Shown: positions 41,090-50,614 of the stretch, piece after piece | How the letters are laid out: the number at the start of each line of letters is the position of its first letter | Position numbering within the stretch: position 1 is the stretch's first letter | Assembly: GCA_963677485.1 (NCBI GenBank) | Contig: OY781964.1 | Coordinates: forward strand, 3,264,001-3,328,000 | Origin: Armatimonadota bacterium | GTDB lineage: Bacteria; Armatimonadota; HRBIN16 | DNA length: 64,000 nucleotides | Reading direction: 5' to 3' | Position numbers and translations under genes: made by a program | Notes under the pieces: generated by a model | Databases searched by the model: none | Told to the model about the DNA's origin: nothing | The model's input: only the letters and a program-made list of their open reading frames with translations

Positions 41090-41647
41090 ATGTACAAAAA
41101 AGGCTCTATCATACGCAGGTGGGTTGTCGCGTTAGTCGTGGTAATCGCACTGTCATTAGGTGCCTTCCTGTTTTTATTTGAAGGGTATTTACATGAGCAT
41201 TACGTCATTGAGCTTCCAGGGGGGTATCGATGCCGGAACAACAACTTCTCCGGCGTCACTCCTGCTTTGATGGGTGTGATTATTGAACTCTACCAAGATC
41301 AAGCCTCTGTTATAAATTACGACCAATTAAAACTTAAGGTAGGACCTAATGTGAACGGTTATTGTGTTTACTCCAACACAATAGTTGGGATCGTAACGAT
41401 GCGGAGAAACAAGGATATATCAGCATATGATGCAATACATAATTTTACTATTCAAATATCTGAAATGCGACCTGGCTATTTCATCATCGACCTTCATACG
41501 AAACGTATTTTCGGCGGCCTTAGCAAGCGGGACTGGCTGGCGAAGCTCAAAACATACGGGATCACCACGGAACCAGCGTTGCATAAACCACACTGGATGG
41601 ACGAGTATCGAGGGTGGAATAAACCGGTGGACGTTCCTGCCCGATAA
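41090..41647 (+). CDS. hypothetical exported/membrane-anchored protein, paralog 2 (possibly DUF3997-like)
   Basis: N-terminal TM; LPGGY; C-terminus KLKTYGITTEPALH near-identical to the upstream gene. Confidence 0.72.
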   Translation: MYKKGSIIRRWVVALVVVIALSLGAFLFLFEGYLHEHYVIELPGGYRCRNNNFSGVTPALMGVIIELYQDQASVINYDQLKLKVGPNVNGYCVYSNTIVGIVTMRRNKDISAYDAIHNFTIQISEMRPGYFIIDLHTKRIFGGLSKRDWLAKLKTYGITTEPALHKPHWMDEYRGWNKPVDVPAR

Positions 41648-41739
41648 GATGGACCAATTCCAACAGATGAAGGATTCTGCGCCCGCTTGCTGGAAACAAT
41701 CAACAGTAACCACAAAACTAGCAGGTGCAGTCCCACAGT

Positions 41740-44370
41740 ATGAGTGATCCATCGCCCCGAGACACGACAAGGCAACTTAACTCGCCTGACGCCCGTAAAA
41801 CCCTCTTTGCGCTGGGATCGCTGGCAGAGGGGGCTTTGTTGTGTGATCGGTTCGTGGTGGTGCGTACATTCCGCCCGCATGAAACCGCCAGGCCAGGCGT
41901 GTTTCTGTGTGACGACGCCCAGCTAGGCCGCGTGGTCGTGAAGATACACCCCCTCGATATCCCGCCCGATCAACACCTGTGGAGCATGTTGCAGCAGATC
42001 AGGCATCCCAGTGTGGTGCCCATTCTGCACACGCTGCATTGGCAGGGGCTGTGGGTCGAGGTGCAGCCGTACCTGTCAGGCGGCAGCCTGGTCGACCGCT
42101 ACACGCAGAGCCTCACCGGTCTGGTGCAGATGCCGCTGCCATACATCGAGAACGGGTTGGTGCCCCAGATCAGCAGTGCTCTGGCGGCCCTGCACGAGCG
42201 CGGGATTGTGCACCGCGATGTGAAGCCGGGCAACATATTGATTCAACCCGAAGAGGGCGGCGACCACTACCTTCTGGGCGACTATGACATCAGCTCGCAG
42301 TTGGCTATCGATGTCCACACCCGACTGACATCACGCGCGGCGGGCACCTGGATATACACCGCGCCTGAGGCCTTCCCGCGGTATCGCGATGACAACGGCG
42401 AGTTGGGTGCTAAGGTGTCGCGGGCGAGTGACTACTACAGTCTGGGGGTCAGTCTGCTCGAGCTGTGTGTGGGCACCACCCCGCTGCACACCAGCCAGTT
42501 GCCGGATATGTATGACTTCTACCTGACTGGGAACCGCCTGGACCCCCCGGCATCGATCCCTCAACGGGTGCGCGAGCTGATCTCGGGGCTGCTGATCCGT
42601 CAGCCGCATCTGCGCTGGGGTGAGCCCGAACTCAGCCGATGGCTGAGGCATGGCACCACCGCCGAGGACCTTACCCGTATCGAACAGGCGCAGCACCAGC
42701 CTGTCAGCGGCAAAGTGGTGGTGGAGTTTCGGTATTACGATCAGATTGTGGAGAGCCCTGAGCATCTGGGCCAATTGATGGCGGGCGAACTCGACAAAGC
42801 CGCGTTCTACCTCGAACAGCCCGAGGGGCTGTGGAGCTGGCTCGGGCAGATCGACGTCAACCGGGCGGTCACCGTGCGTAAGCGGTTTGAAGCGGCCCGG
42901 TCAGCCGGCGGGGCCGAAATGCTGCTGGTCTGCCTGTCGAACCCCTCCGCGAGGTGCCTGGTCAACGGGGATGTTCTCCAAAATGCGGCGCAGTGGCTGG
43001 AGAACCATAAACAGCAGGCGCGCGCGAGCTGGGTGACCGACATGGAGCTGAATCGCCTGCTCTACTGGCTGGAGTTCCACCGTGACGGCGACCCAGCACT
43101 GGCAGAGAGACTGAAGCCCATCAAGAAGACCCCCCACTCGGTGCGGTTGTTCGAGATGCAGTGGGCGCTCTTCCCCGAGCTGCCCATCACCATCCGGCCG
43201 GGCTACACCGCGCAAACACCCGCCGAGTTTGCCCTGATCGCCTACGGCAAGGAGCCGGACTGGGCCAGCGGACGTTGTGAGAGCTATCAGCGTGCGATGG
43301 TGGTGTGGCAGGACGGGCTGCTTGAGGCCTGGCTGCGCCAGCGTGGTCTGCTCCAGCTTTCGGAGCGCAGCGAACAGATACGTCAGCAAAGCTCGGATCA
43401 GCCGATCATCGCCTTCGAGGAGCTGCTGTTGCAGCTCAACCCGGAGCTGCCCAAACCAGTGATCAGGGTGGATCACGCCTCTACGGTGCAGATATCATTT
43501 GCCACCTCAACCCCTATTCTGGTGCCGTATCACACCAAAGGCATGGGCAACCCCATCATTCAGGTCAAGTGGCGGGCTCAGCCGGAGCTGGTGCCCGCAC
43601 CAAATCCGCTGGTGGGCCGTGAGGGGCATATCAGCGCAGTGTTTGGTGCCCAGATGGGGCGGGCAAGGGCCTCTGGGGAGATGGCCTTCAGCCTGAGCAG
43701 CCACAATGCCATCGTGAGCCAGGAGCTGCACACCGTGCCGTTCCGCGTGGTCAATCCCAACGGCGACCTCATCCGGCAGATGATCATCTCTATCCTGGTC
43801 GGGATTGCGATCTTTTGGTTTAGCCGCTGGGTGATGTCCGTCACCGGTCTTCATGCCCCTTTTACGTACGAGCAGCTTGAAGTGAACGGCACGTGGCGTC
43901 CATACCGGCGTGCTGCCACAAACACCATGCTATCGGCGCAACTGGGCATTGCGGTCTGGGCCTCTCTGATGTCCATCGGCTGGCTTTGCCATCAGAGCGC
44001 CCGGATGCGTGTTGAGCGGCTTGCTATCGGCGATCCGAGCATGAGGGACCTCATCAACCGCGAGGTGATGGGCAGCATCGTGGCCTTCATCGGGATATCG
44101 GGGTTTGTCGGGCCATGGATGGCTTATATCCTGGACATCCTGACCAGCTCCAGGCTGACATCATCCCATCCCGCGTTGATGTGGGCTGTGTGGGGCGGGG
44201 TGCTCGGTGGGGTCGCGGGGTTCTGGCTGATCAGTCCCGTTCAAGGGCGCACCTATTGGCGCGGATGGGTGCTTCTGGCTGTCATCATTGTGATGGTGGT
44301 GTTGGCGGCCGTCACGATGATAATGATGCCTGATGTAGCCGTTCCGGTAGCGGCCACTGGCCTCGATTGA
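41740..44370 (+). CDS. membrane-anchored Ser/Thr protein kinase 1 (atypical motifs)
   Basis: VVKIH, HRDVKPGN, GDYD in place of DFG, GTWIYTAPE, SDYYSLG; C-terminal multi-TM region. Confidence 0.9.
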   Translation: MSDPSPRDTTRQLNSPDARKTLFALGSLAEGALLCDRFVVVRTFRPHETARPGVFLCDDAQLGRVVVKIHPLDIPPDQHLWSMLQQIRHPSVVPILHTLHWQGLWVEVQPYLSGGSLVDRYTQSLTGLVQMPLPYIENGLVPQISSALAALHERGIVHRDVKPGNILIQPEEGGDHYLLGDYDISSQLAIDVHTRLTSRAAGTWIYTAPEAFPRYRDDNGELGAKVSRASDYYSLGVSLLELCVGTTPLHTSQLPDMYDFYLTGNRLDPPASIPQRVRELISGLLIRQPHLRWGEPELSRWLRHGTTAEDLTRIEQAQHQPVSGKVVVEFRYYDQIVESPEHLGQLMAGELDKAAFYLEQPEGLWSWLGQIDVNRAVTVRKRFEAARSAGGAEMLLVCLSNPSARCLVNGDVLQNAAQWLENHKQQARASWVTDMELNRLLYWLEFHRDGDPALAERLKPIKKTPHSVRLFEMQWALFPELPITIRPGYTAQTPAEFALIAYGKEPDWASGRCESYQRAMVVWQDGLLEAWLRQRGLLQLSERSEQIRQQSSDQPIIAFEELLLQLNPELPKPVIRVDHASTVQISFATSTPILVPYHTKGMGNPIIQVKWRAQPELVPAPNPLVGREGHISAVFGAQMGRARASGEMAFSLSSHNAIVSQELHTVPFRVVNPNGDLIRQMIISILVGIAIFWFSRWVMSVTGLHAPFTYEQLEVNGTWRPYRRAATNTMLSAQLGIAVWASLMSIGWLCHQSARMRVERLAIGDPSMRDLINREVMGSIVAFIGISGFVGPWMAYILDILTSSRLTSSHPALMWAVWGGVLGGVAGFWLISPVQGRTYWRGWVLLAVIIVMVVLAAVTMIMMPDVAVPVAATGLD

Positions 44371-44442
44371 TGGACTATCTTCGGGTGGTTTAGAAAATAC
44401 CAACCCTGTCTTGGGTAATTGTTAGTATTCAAGAACATCATA

Positions 44443-44958
44443 GCCTATGTCCGGGGCGGTCTTTCAGGAAGCAAGCGGTGGCGGAGGGAAAAAGACCGCG
44501 CCGGTCTGGCGGATAGCCTGATATCCCTCGTCACGAACAGGTCAAGACCGGCGCGGTTAGGAGAAAACCGCCCCGGACTTAGGCAATAGCGCCGGTCTTG
44601 CGGAAAACCAGCAGTGCCTATGTCCGGGGCGGTCTTGCAGGAAGCTAGCGGTGACGGAGGGTAAAAGACCGCGCCGGTCTGGCGGATAGCCTGATATCGC
44701 TTGTCACGAATAGATCAAGACCGGCGCGGTTAGGAGAAAACCGCCCCGGACATAGCAACCAAGACCGGCGCGGTTAGAGAAAACCGCACCGGACATAGCA
44801 AATGAAAACTAGCAATGCCTAAGTCCGGGGCGGTCTTACAGGAAGCTAGCGGTGACGGAGGGTAAAAGACCGCGCCGGTCTGGCGGATAGCCTGATAGCC
44901 CTTGTCACGACTAGATCAAGACCGGCGCGGTTAGTAGAAAACCGCCCCGGACATAGGC
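44443..44958. repeat. array of three nested-palindrome REPIN/MITE-like units plus half units
   Basis: Same family as 7958-8626: GCCTATGTCCGGGGCGGT ... ACCGCCCCGGACATAGGC, units near 44443, 44616 and 44817. Confidence 0.9.
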
Positions 44959-45090
44959 AATCAAGACTGGTCTAGAAACATTCTTGCGACGCGGTCATGC
45001 GTGAGGCGATATACTTGGGTAGCATCGGCCTCCATTGGTGTATAGTGTTGTATGAAAAGGGAAATATGTCTGACTGATGGAGTGGTTATA

Positions 45091-47775
45091 TTGGCTGATC
45101 GCCCGACGGAAAAGATAGGCAACGACAACCCGACACAGCTTGTGGGCGGTGCCGTCGCGGCAGGCGGTGACGCCACCCGTGCGGTGCGCTCTTCCGACCA
45201 ACCCCGGGCCCAGGCATCACCCCGCTTCGCGCTGGGAGCACTGGCTGAGGGCACGATGCTGCTCGGTAGCTACAAGGTGGTGCAGACCTTCCGAGCGCAC
45301 GAAACCGGCCGCCCGGGCGTCTACCTGTGTGACACCGCCACCGGTCGGGTTGTGGTGAAGCTCTACCCCCTCGACTACCCGCCTGTGGCTGATGTTTGGG
45401 CCCAGACCGGGCAGTTGGTCCATCCGCATGTCGTACCCACCATCCGGCAGGTCATGCAGAACGGCCTTTTCTGCGATGTGATGCCCTATTATGAGAGCGG
45501 CTCGCTGGTGGAGGCGTATCAACAAGAAGGCTCGAACCTGCTGCAAGTGCCGATGGAGATCATCACAGACAGATTCGCTCCGCAGATACTCGATGCCCTG
45601 GCGTATGTCCATTCAATGGGGCTTGTCCACCGAGACATCAAACCGAGCAACATCCTGGTGGACGGCGTAGATGATCAGCCGGAGTTTCTTTTGGGTGACT
45701 TTGACATCAGCTCACAGCTTAACACCCAGCTTGATCAGCGCATCACCATGCGCGCCGCGGGCACTTGGACCTACACCGCCCCAGAGGCGTTCCCCAGATA
45801 CCAGGACGAAGAGGGCGTGGTCGGAGCCAAGGTAACGCGGGCATCTGACTACTACAGCCTGGGTGTGACGATGCTGGAGATGACCTGCGGTACCACTCCG
45901 CTGCACACCTGCTCACTACCCGATGTGTTTGACTTCTACCTCAGCGGTCAGAGGATTTCTGTGCCGTCGGAGCTGCCCGAGCGGTTGCGCACGTTGATCC
46001 AGGGCCTGCTCATCCGTCATCCGCAGCAGCGCTGGGGTGAAGCCGAAGTTGATCGTTGGCTTCAAAGCAATAACACCGCCGATGACATGCAGCGCATACA
46101 GGATTCTCAGGTCAGACCACTGAGTGCTAAGACAGAACCGCCATTTCAGTATCGTGATGAGGTTATGCAGAACCCTGAACAACTCGGTCAACTCATCGCT
46201 GACGACCTGGATGCAGCCACCACATTGCTGCGTCGTGCCGAAGGGTTGTGGGTCTGGCTGGGCAGGATCGATGTGAACCGGGCGGTGGCGATACGGAAGC
46301 GCGTGGAGGCGGCATCCGGCGGTGGAGCCGAAGTGATACTGGCCTGCCTGCTGAACCCGCACGTGGTATGCCATGTCGGCTCCCATGAGCTCAACACGGC
46401 CCAGCAGTGGTTTGACATGCTGGACAGTGCCCGCAGCGCATCAGTAAGCAATGCTGAGCTCTACCGGTTCCTCTACTGGCTGTATTACCATGCTGACGGT
46501 GATCGTGACTTGGCGAAGCGGATCATGCCGATCTTGAAGACGCTGGATGGCATCCGGTTATACGAGATTCGCTGGGCAATGTATCCCGGCACCCCGTTGA
46601 CAGTGTGTCAGGGCTATGATGCCCGCACTCCAGAGCAGTTGGCTTCCATCGCATACGGGCAGGAGGCGGACTGGAGCAGCGGACGATGCGACCAGTATGA
46701 ACGGGCGATGTCGCTCTGGCTGGATGGCATCGTGGAGGCCTGGCTGAGGCAGTTGGGCCATCAGCAGCTGGCGGTCCTCAGCAAAGCCAAACGCGATGCG
46801 AGTGCCGGCCAACCGGTGGCCGGTTTTGAAGAGGTTTTGCGTCTGATGAAACCCGGGCTTCGCAGGCCTGAAGTCAGTTTCCAGCTCCCAAGCTGCGTGA
46901 AGGTAGACTTCAAAATCCCAACCCGCGTGCGGGTTCCATATACCACCACGGGCCCAGGAAAACCTGTGATGCATGTCCAGTGGCAGCCACACAGTGGTTT
47001 AGATGCCGCCGCAGAACAATATGTGGAACGTGTTGGTCATGTGGAGGCGAAGCTCATTGCACAGGGTGGACAGCTTGAAGAGAAGGGTCGCGTTGGTTTT
47101 AGTGTCGAAAGCCCGAATGCAAAGCTCATCCCTGGCATGCACTGGCTGCCGTATGAGGTGGTCAACCCGAACGGGAGTATAGCCATTCAGATGGTCGCAT
47201 CGACTATTCTGGGCGGGTTGATATTTGGCGTGAGCCGGTCCATCATGGCGGCGATGGGTTACCACGGATTCTTTAGTATCGCTGGTGAACACGCCACCAG
47301 GACTCAGGATGGGCTCATGGGGCAGGCAGGGATGTTTATATTTGTGTCGCTGCTGGGAGCAGGGGTGACGGCTCATTGCGTGGTTCGTGACCGTGTGGAG
47401 AAGCTGCGGATTCAGATGGCTGACTTTGAAATCGTGGATTCCTCTGCGTATGCATATGATCCCGAATCGAGGGTGGAGGCCATGGCCGGTCAGTTGATGG
47501 TGCAACACCCATGGCTATCAGCCGGGATTCTGATCATCGTGGGCGGTCCGGTCTCAATTAGTGTGCTGGACTATGTCACGGGCTCGCTGCTCATCCCGTC
47601 AACCCCGCAAATCATGTGGACCTTTTGGGGACTAATATATGGTGCGGTGGCCGGTTTTTGGCTGGTGAGCCCTCTGCGGGGGCGTACCTACCTGCGCCTC
47701 CCTGTGCTGGCTGGCGTGGTTCTGCTGATGGCGGTGCTCGGTCTGGTGATCTACGGTTTGTGCCCACCACCGTAG
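45091..47775 (+). CDS. membrane-anchored Ser/Thr protein kinase 2
   Basis: HRDIKPSN, GDFD, GTWTYTAPE; TTG start inferred from alignment with kinase 3 (MADRPT) and a GGAG RBS; C-terminal TMs. Confidence 0.9.
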   Translation: MADRPTEKIGNDNPTQLVGGAVAAGGDATRAVRSSDQPRAQASPRFALGALAEGTMLLGSYKVVQTFRAHETGRPGVYLCDTATGRVVVKLYPLDYPPVADVWAQTGQLVHPHVVPTIRQVMQNGLFCDVMPYYESGSLVEAYQQEGSNLLQVPMEIITDRFAPQILDALAYVHSMGLVHRDIKPSNILVDGVDDQPEFLLGDFDISSQLNTQLDQRITMRAAGTWTYTAPEAFPRYQDEEGVVGAKVTRASDYYSLGVTMLEMTCGTTPLHTCSLPDVFDFYLSGQRISVPSELPERLRTLIQGLLIRHPQQRWGEAEVDRWLQSNNTADDMQRIQDSQVRPLSAKTEPPFQYRDEVMQNPEQLGQLIADDLDAATTLLRRAEGLWVWLGRIDVNRAVAIRKRVEAASGGGAEVILACLLNPHVVCHVGSHELNTAQQWFDMLDSARSASVSNAELYRFLYWLYYHADGDRDLAKRIMPILKTLDGIRLYEIRWAMYPGTPLTVCQGYDARTPEQLASIAYGQEADWSSGRCDQYERAMSLWLDGIVEAWLRQLGHQQLAVLSKAKRDASAGQPVAGFEEVLRLMKPGLRRPEVSFQLPSCVKVDFKIPTRVRVPYTTTGPGKPVMHVQWQPHSGLDAAAEQYVERVGHVEAKLIAQGGQLEEKGRVGFSVESPNAKLIPGMHWLPYEVVNPNGSIAIQMVASTILGGLIFGVSRSIMAAMGYHGFFSIAGEHATRTQDGLMGQAGMFIFVSLLGAGVTAHCVVRDRVEKLRIQMADFEIVDSSAYAYDPESRVEAMAGQLMVQHPWLSAGILIIVGGPVSISVLDYVTGSLLIPSTPQIMWTFWGLIYGAVAGFWLVSPLRGRTYLRLPVLAGVVLLMAVLGLVIYGLCPPP

Positions 47776-47783
47776 GGGCAGGT

Positions 47784-47848
47784 CCCCTGGGAACGCCCCC
47801 TGGGAACGCCCCCTGGGAACGCCCCCTGGGAACGCCCCCTGGGAACGC
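47784..47848. repeat. perfect 13-bp tandem repeat x5 (CCCCTGGGAACGC)
   Basis: Counted directly: TGGGAACG at 47788, 47801, 47814, 47827 and 47840. Confidence 0.92.
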
Positions 47849-48028
47849 CAATCTCCTGATTGGCACATTGTCCTACTCGTCCTACTCATCCTACATGTCC
47901 GGAACGGGAAATAAAACCACGAATGAACACGAATGAACGCGAATGCCCGGATTGTCTGAACCACGGATGACACGGATGGGGAGGGAAATGCCGTTTCGTG
48001 GGCGGGGCGTTGCGGAAGGTGGTTTTTT

Positions 48029-48093
48029 GGGCGGGGCGACCCCGCCCCTACGATTTTATGCGGCCACCGTAGGGGCGGGGTCTTCCCGCCCTG
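48029..48093. repeat. pair of GTAG-class REP palindromes
   Basis: GGGCGGGGCGACCCCGCCCCTACG and CGTAGGGGCGGGGTCTTCCCGCCC. Confidence 0.75.
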
Positions 48094-48289
48094 GGCCTGC
48101 ACGCCCAGGGTCTCCCCGCTCGGGGTTCCGGCCCACACACGCCCCGCCCAAACCCATCGCCCACCTTGCGATCTGGCCCATCCGATAACGATGACCATCG
48201 GGCAGATGCGTAAGGCTCCAATTGTCAGTGCGTTGTGGTATAAATAACATGGTCTCTGAAGTTGGAGGCCGATGGAGTTGCTCCCAGCA

Positions 48290-50614
48290 ATGGCAGATCG
48301 TCCGACACAGAAAATAGGTAACGATAACCCGACACGGCTTGTGGGAGACGTTGTTGCGGCACCCGGCGATTCCACCCGTGCGGTGCGCTCAACCGATAAA
48401 CCCCGAGCCCAAGCCTCAACCCGTTTCGCACTGGGAGCCTTGGCTGAAGGCACCATGCTCTTCGGCGATTATAAAGTGGTGCAGACCTTCCGCGCACATG
48501 AAACAGGCCGCCCCGGCGTGTATCTGTGTGACACCGCCTCGGAGCGGGTCGTGGTGAAGGTCTACCCGTTGGATTTCCCGCCGTCTGCGGATGTCTGGGC
48601 CCAGATTGGACAGTTAAACCATCCGCATGTGGTGCGAATCGTTCGCCAGGTGCTGCAGGACGGCCTCTATTGCGATGTGCTGCAGTATTGTGAGTGCGGC
48701 TCGCTGGTTGAGGTGTATCTAAACAACGAAACAAAAATGCTGAAGGTTCCGATGGGCTCCATGCTAGATCGGTTCGCTCCGCAAATGCTGGATGCACTCA
48801 AGTATGTTCACTCCATGGGGCTTGTGCATCGCGACATCAAACCAAGCAATATACTAATAGAAGAGAACGCGGAAAATCCCGAATTTCTTCTTGGTGACTT
48901 CGATATCAGCTCCAAGCTGAGTTTGCAGCTCGATCAGCGCATCACCATGCGGGCCGCGGGCACTTGGACCTACACCGCGCCAGAGGCGTTCCCAAGATAC
49001 CAGGACGAAGAGGGCGTGGTGGGGGCGAAGGTGACGCGTGCCTCCGACTACTACAGCCTGGGCGTGACGATGCTGGAAATGGCCTGCGGAACCACTCCGC
49101 TGCACACATGCAAACTACCGGATATGTTCGACTTCTATCTGAGCGGACAGAAGATCGACGTGCCGTTGAGCATACCCGAGAGGCTTCGACTGCTTATCCA
49201 GGGGCTTTTGATACGCAACTCCAGCCAGCGCTGGGGTGAGGCGCAGGTCGGCCGGTGGCTGACGGGCACGAACACCGATGTCGATGTGCAGCTCATCACC
49301 GATGACCGCGAACACAGCCCCTTCAGCAAGGCGGCGGGCGATGCCTACTCGTTTGGCGCGCAGCACGCAAGGAGTTTCAGCCAGTTGGCGGAGATGTTTG
49401 CCGCGGACCCTGAGATGGCTGCGGACCACCTGCGCATGAGCGATGCGCTTTACCAGTGGGTGGGGCAGCGTGATACCAGCCTGGCCATATTGTTGCGCAA
49501 GGATGTTCAGAAATACATCAACCATCCTGACCTGGCAATGATCGGCGCCTGTCGGCTGGACCCCAACGCGCCGATGATCTTCTTCAACGGATTGCCTGTG
49601 CGGACGGCCGAACAGTGGCTTTCCGAGGCGGAGCGGATATACCCACAGCGTAAAGAACCGGACTGCTGGCTGGATGAAAAAGAGGCCGAGCGTTTGCTGC
49701 TATGGCTGCAGAGGCGTGGAGCTGCCGACCGTGATATCGCCAGACGGCTGGAGGGTTTGGAAGTCCGTAACCCGGAGTGCCGGTTGGCTGAGGTCAGCTT
49801 TGTAATTGACCCGCGCCGCGGCATCAGCCTGGCGGAAGGTGTGACGGTGTCGCACCCTGTCGATTTTTCGACCATGGCCTACGGTGATGAGCAGAGCTGG
49901 ACTAACGGGATACCGGCGTGCTATGAGCAGGCATACCGCGTGTGGAGCACAGGGATTCTGGAGGCATGGTTCCGGCAGCGCGGACTGACGGCTCTGGCCG
50001 TGCGCTGCGCTGATCTGAAGGAGACAATGCGTGACACTCCTTACGGGGCCTTCGAGACCATACTTCGGGTGATCAATCCGAAGTTGCCCACGGTGAAGGT
50101 CAGTTTTGAGCGCATTCCGCCGGTGACACTGGTGTATGGTAAGCCGACGCGAGTGGCGTTAAACTACCACACTATCGGCCCCGGATGTCCGCTGATGCGG
50201 TTTGTCGGCATGGGTGATAAAGATGAGGCGTATCTGGAAACCCCAGTGATAGGCTCGCGTGAAGGCCAGGTTTGGGTGAAGCTGACCGGGATGGTAACAC
50301 TTAAGGGTGTACCGCGTCTGATGGATATTAAAAGCACGGGTCCTTTTTCGAAACTGGTGGGTGGAGAGCCGACGCTTACCTATGAAGTGGTTACCAACTC
50401 GCGTATGTTTGGTGTCTATGTGGGCTGGAGTGCTGCGTATGGACTGCTAGGTCTTTGGCTGCCCAGGCAGTTGATGCAATACACTGGTATTAACGAGTTA
50501 GATTTTGAACTTCGCCGCATTGCTGCGGCAATAGGTATGGTTGTTCTGGCAGTGATGATATTTCTCGGCAGAATGATGTATCTATCAGCCCTAAAATCGG
50601 CGGAGGAAGAGTAG
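48290..50614 (+). CDS. Ser/Thr protein kinase 3 with two C-terminal TM
   Basis: HRDIKPSN, GDFD, GTWTYTAPE; N-terminal ~320 aa highly similar to kinase 2. Confidence 0.9.
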   Translation: MADRPTQKIGNDNPTRLVGDVVAAPGDSTRAVRSTDKPRAQASTRFALGALAEGTMLFGDYKVVQTFRAHETGRPGVYLCDTASERVVVKVYPLDFPPSADVWAQIGQLNHPHVVRIVRQVLQDGLYCDVLQYCECGSLVEVYLNNETKMLKVPMGSMLDRFAPQMLDALKYVHSMGLVHRDIKPSNILIEENAENPEFLLGDFDISSKLSLQLDQRITMRAAGTWTYTAPEAFPRYQDEEGVVGAKVTRASDYYSLGVTMLEMACGTTPLHTCKLPDMFDFYLSGQKIDVPLSIPERLRLLIQGLLIRNSSQRWGEAQVGRWLTGTNTDVDVQLITDDREHSPFSKAAGDAYSFGAQHARSFSQLAEMFAADPEMAADHLRMSDALYQWVGQRDTSLAILLRKDVQKYINHPDLAMIGACRLDPNAPMIFFNGLPVRTAEQWLSEAERIYPQRKEPDCWLDEKEAERLLLWLQRRGAADRDIARRLEGLEVRNPECRLAEVSFVIDPRRGISLAEGVTVSHPVDFSTMAYGDEQSWTNGIPACYEQAYRVWSTGILEAWFRQRGLTALAVRCADLKETMRDTPYGAFETILRVINPKLPTVKVSFERIPPVTLVYGKPTRVALNYHTIGPGCPLMRFVGMGDKDEAYLETPVIGSREGQVWVKLTGMVTLKGVPRLMDIKSTGPFSKLVGGEPTLTYEVVTNSRMFGVYVGWSAAYGLLGLWLPRQLMQYTGINELDFELRRIAAAIGMVVLAVMIFLGRMMYLSALKSAEEE

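Noticed and set aside
47612-48456. ORFs spanning the kinase 2-3 intergenic region
   Set aside because: Translations of the 13-bp VNTR and REP palindromes, partly antisense to the kinases
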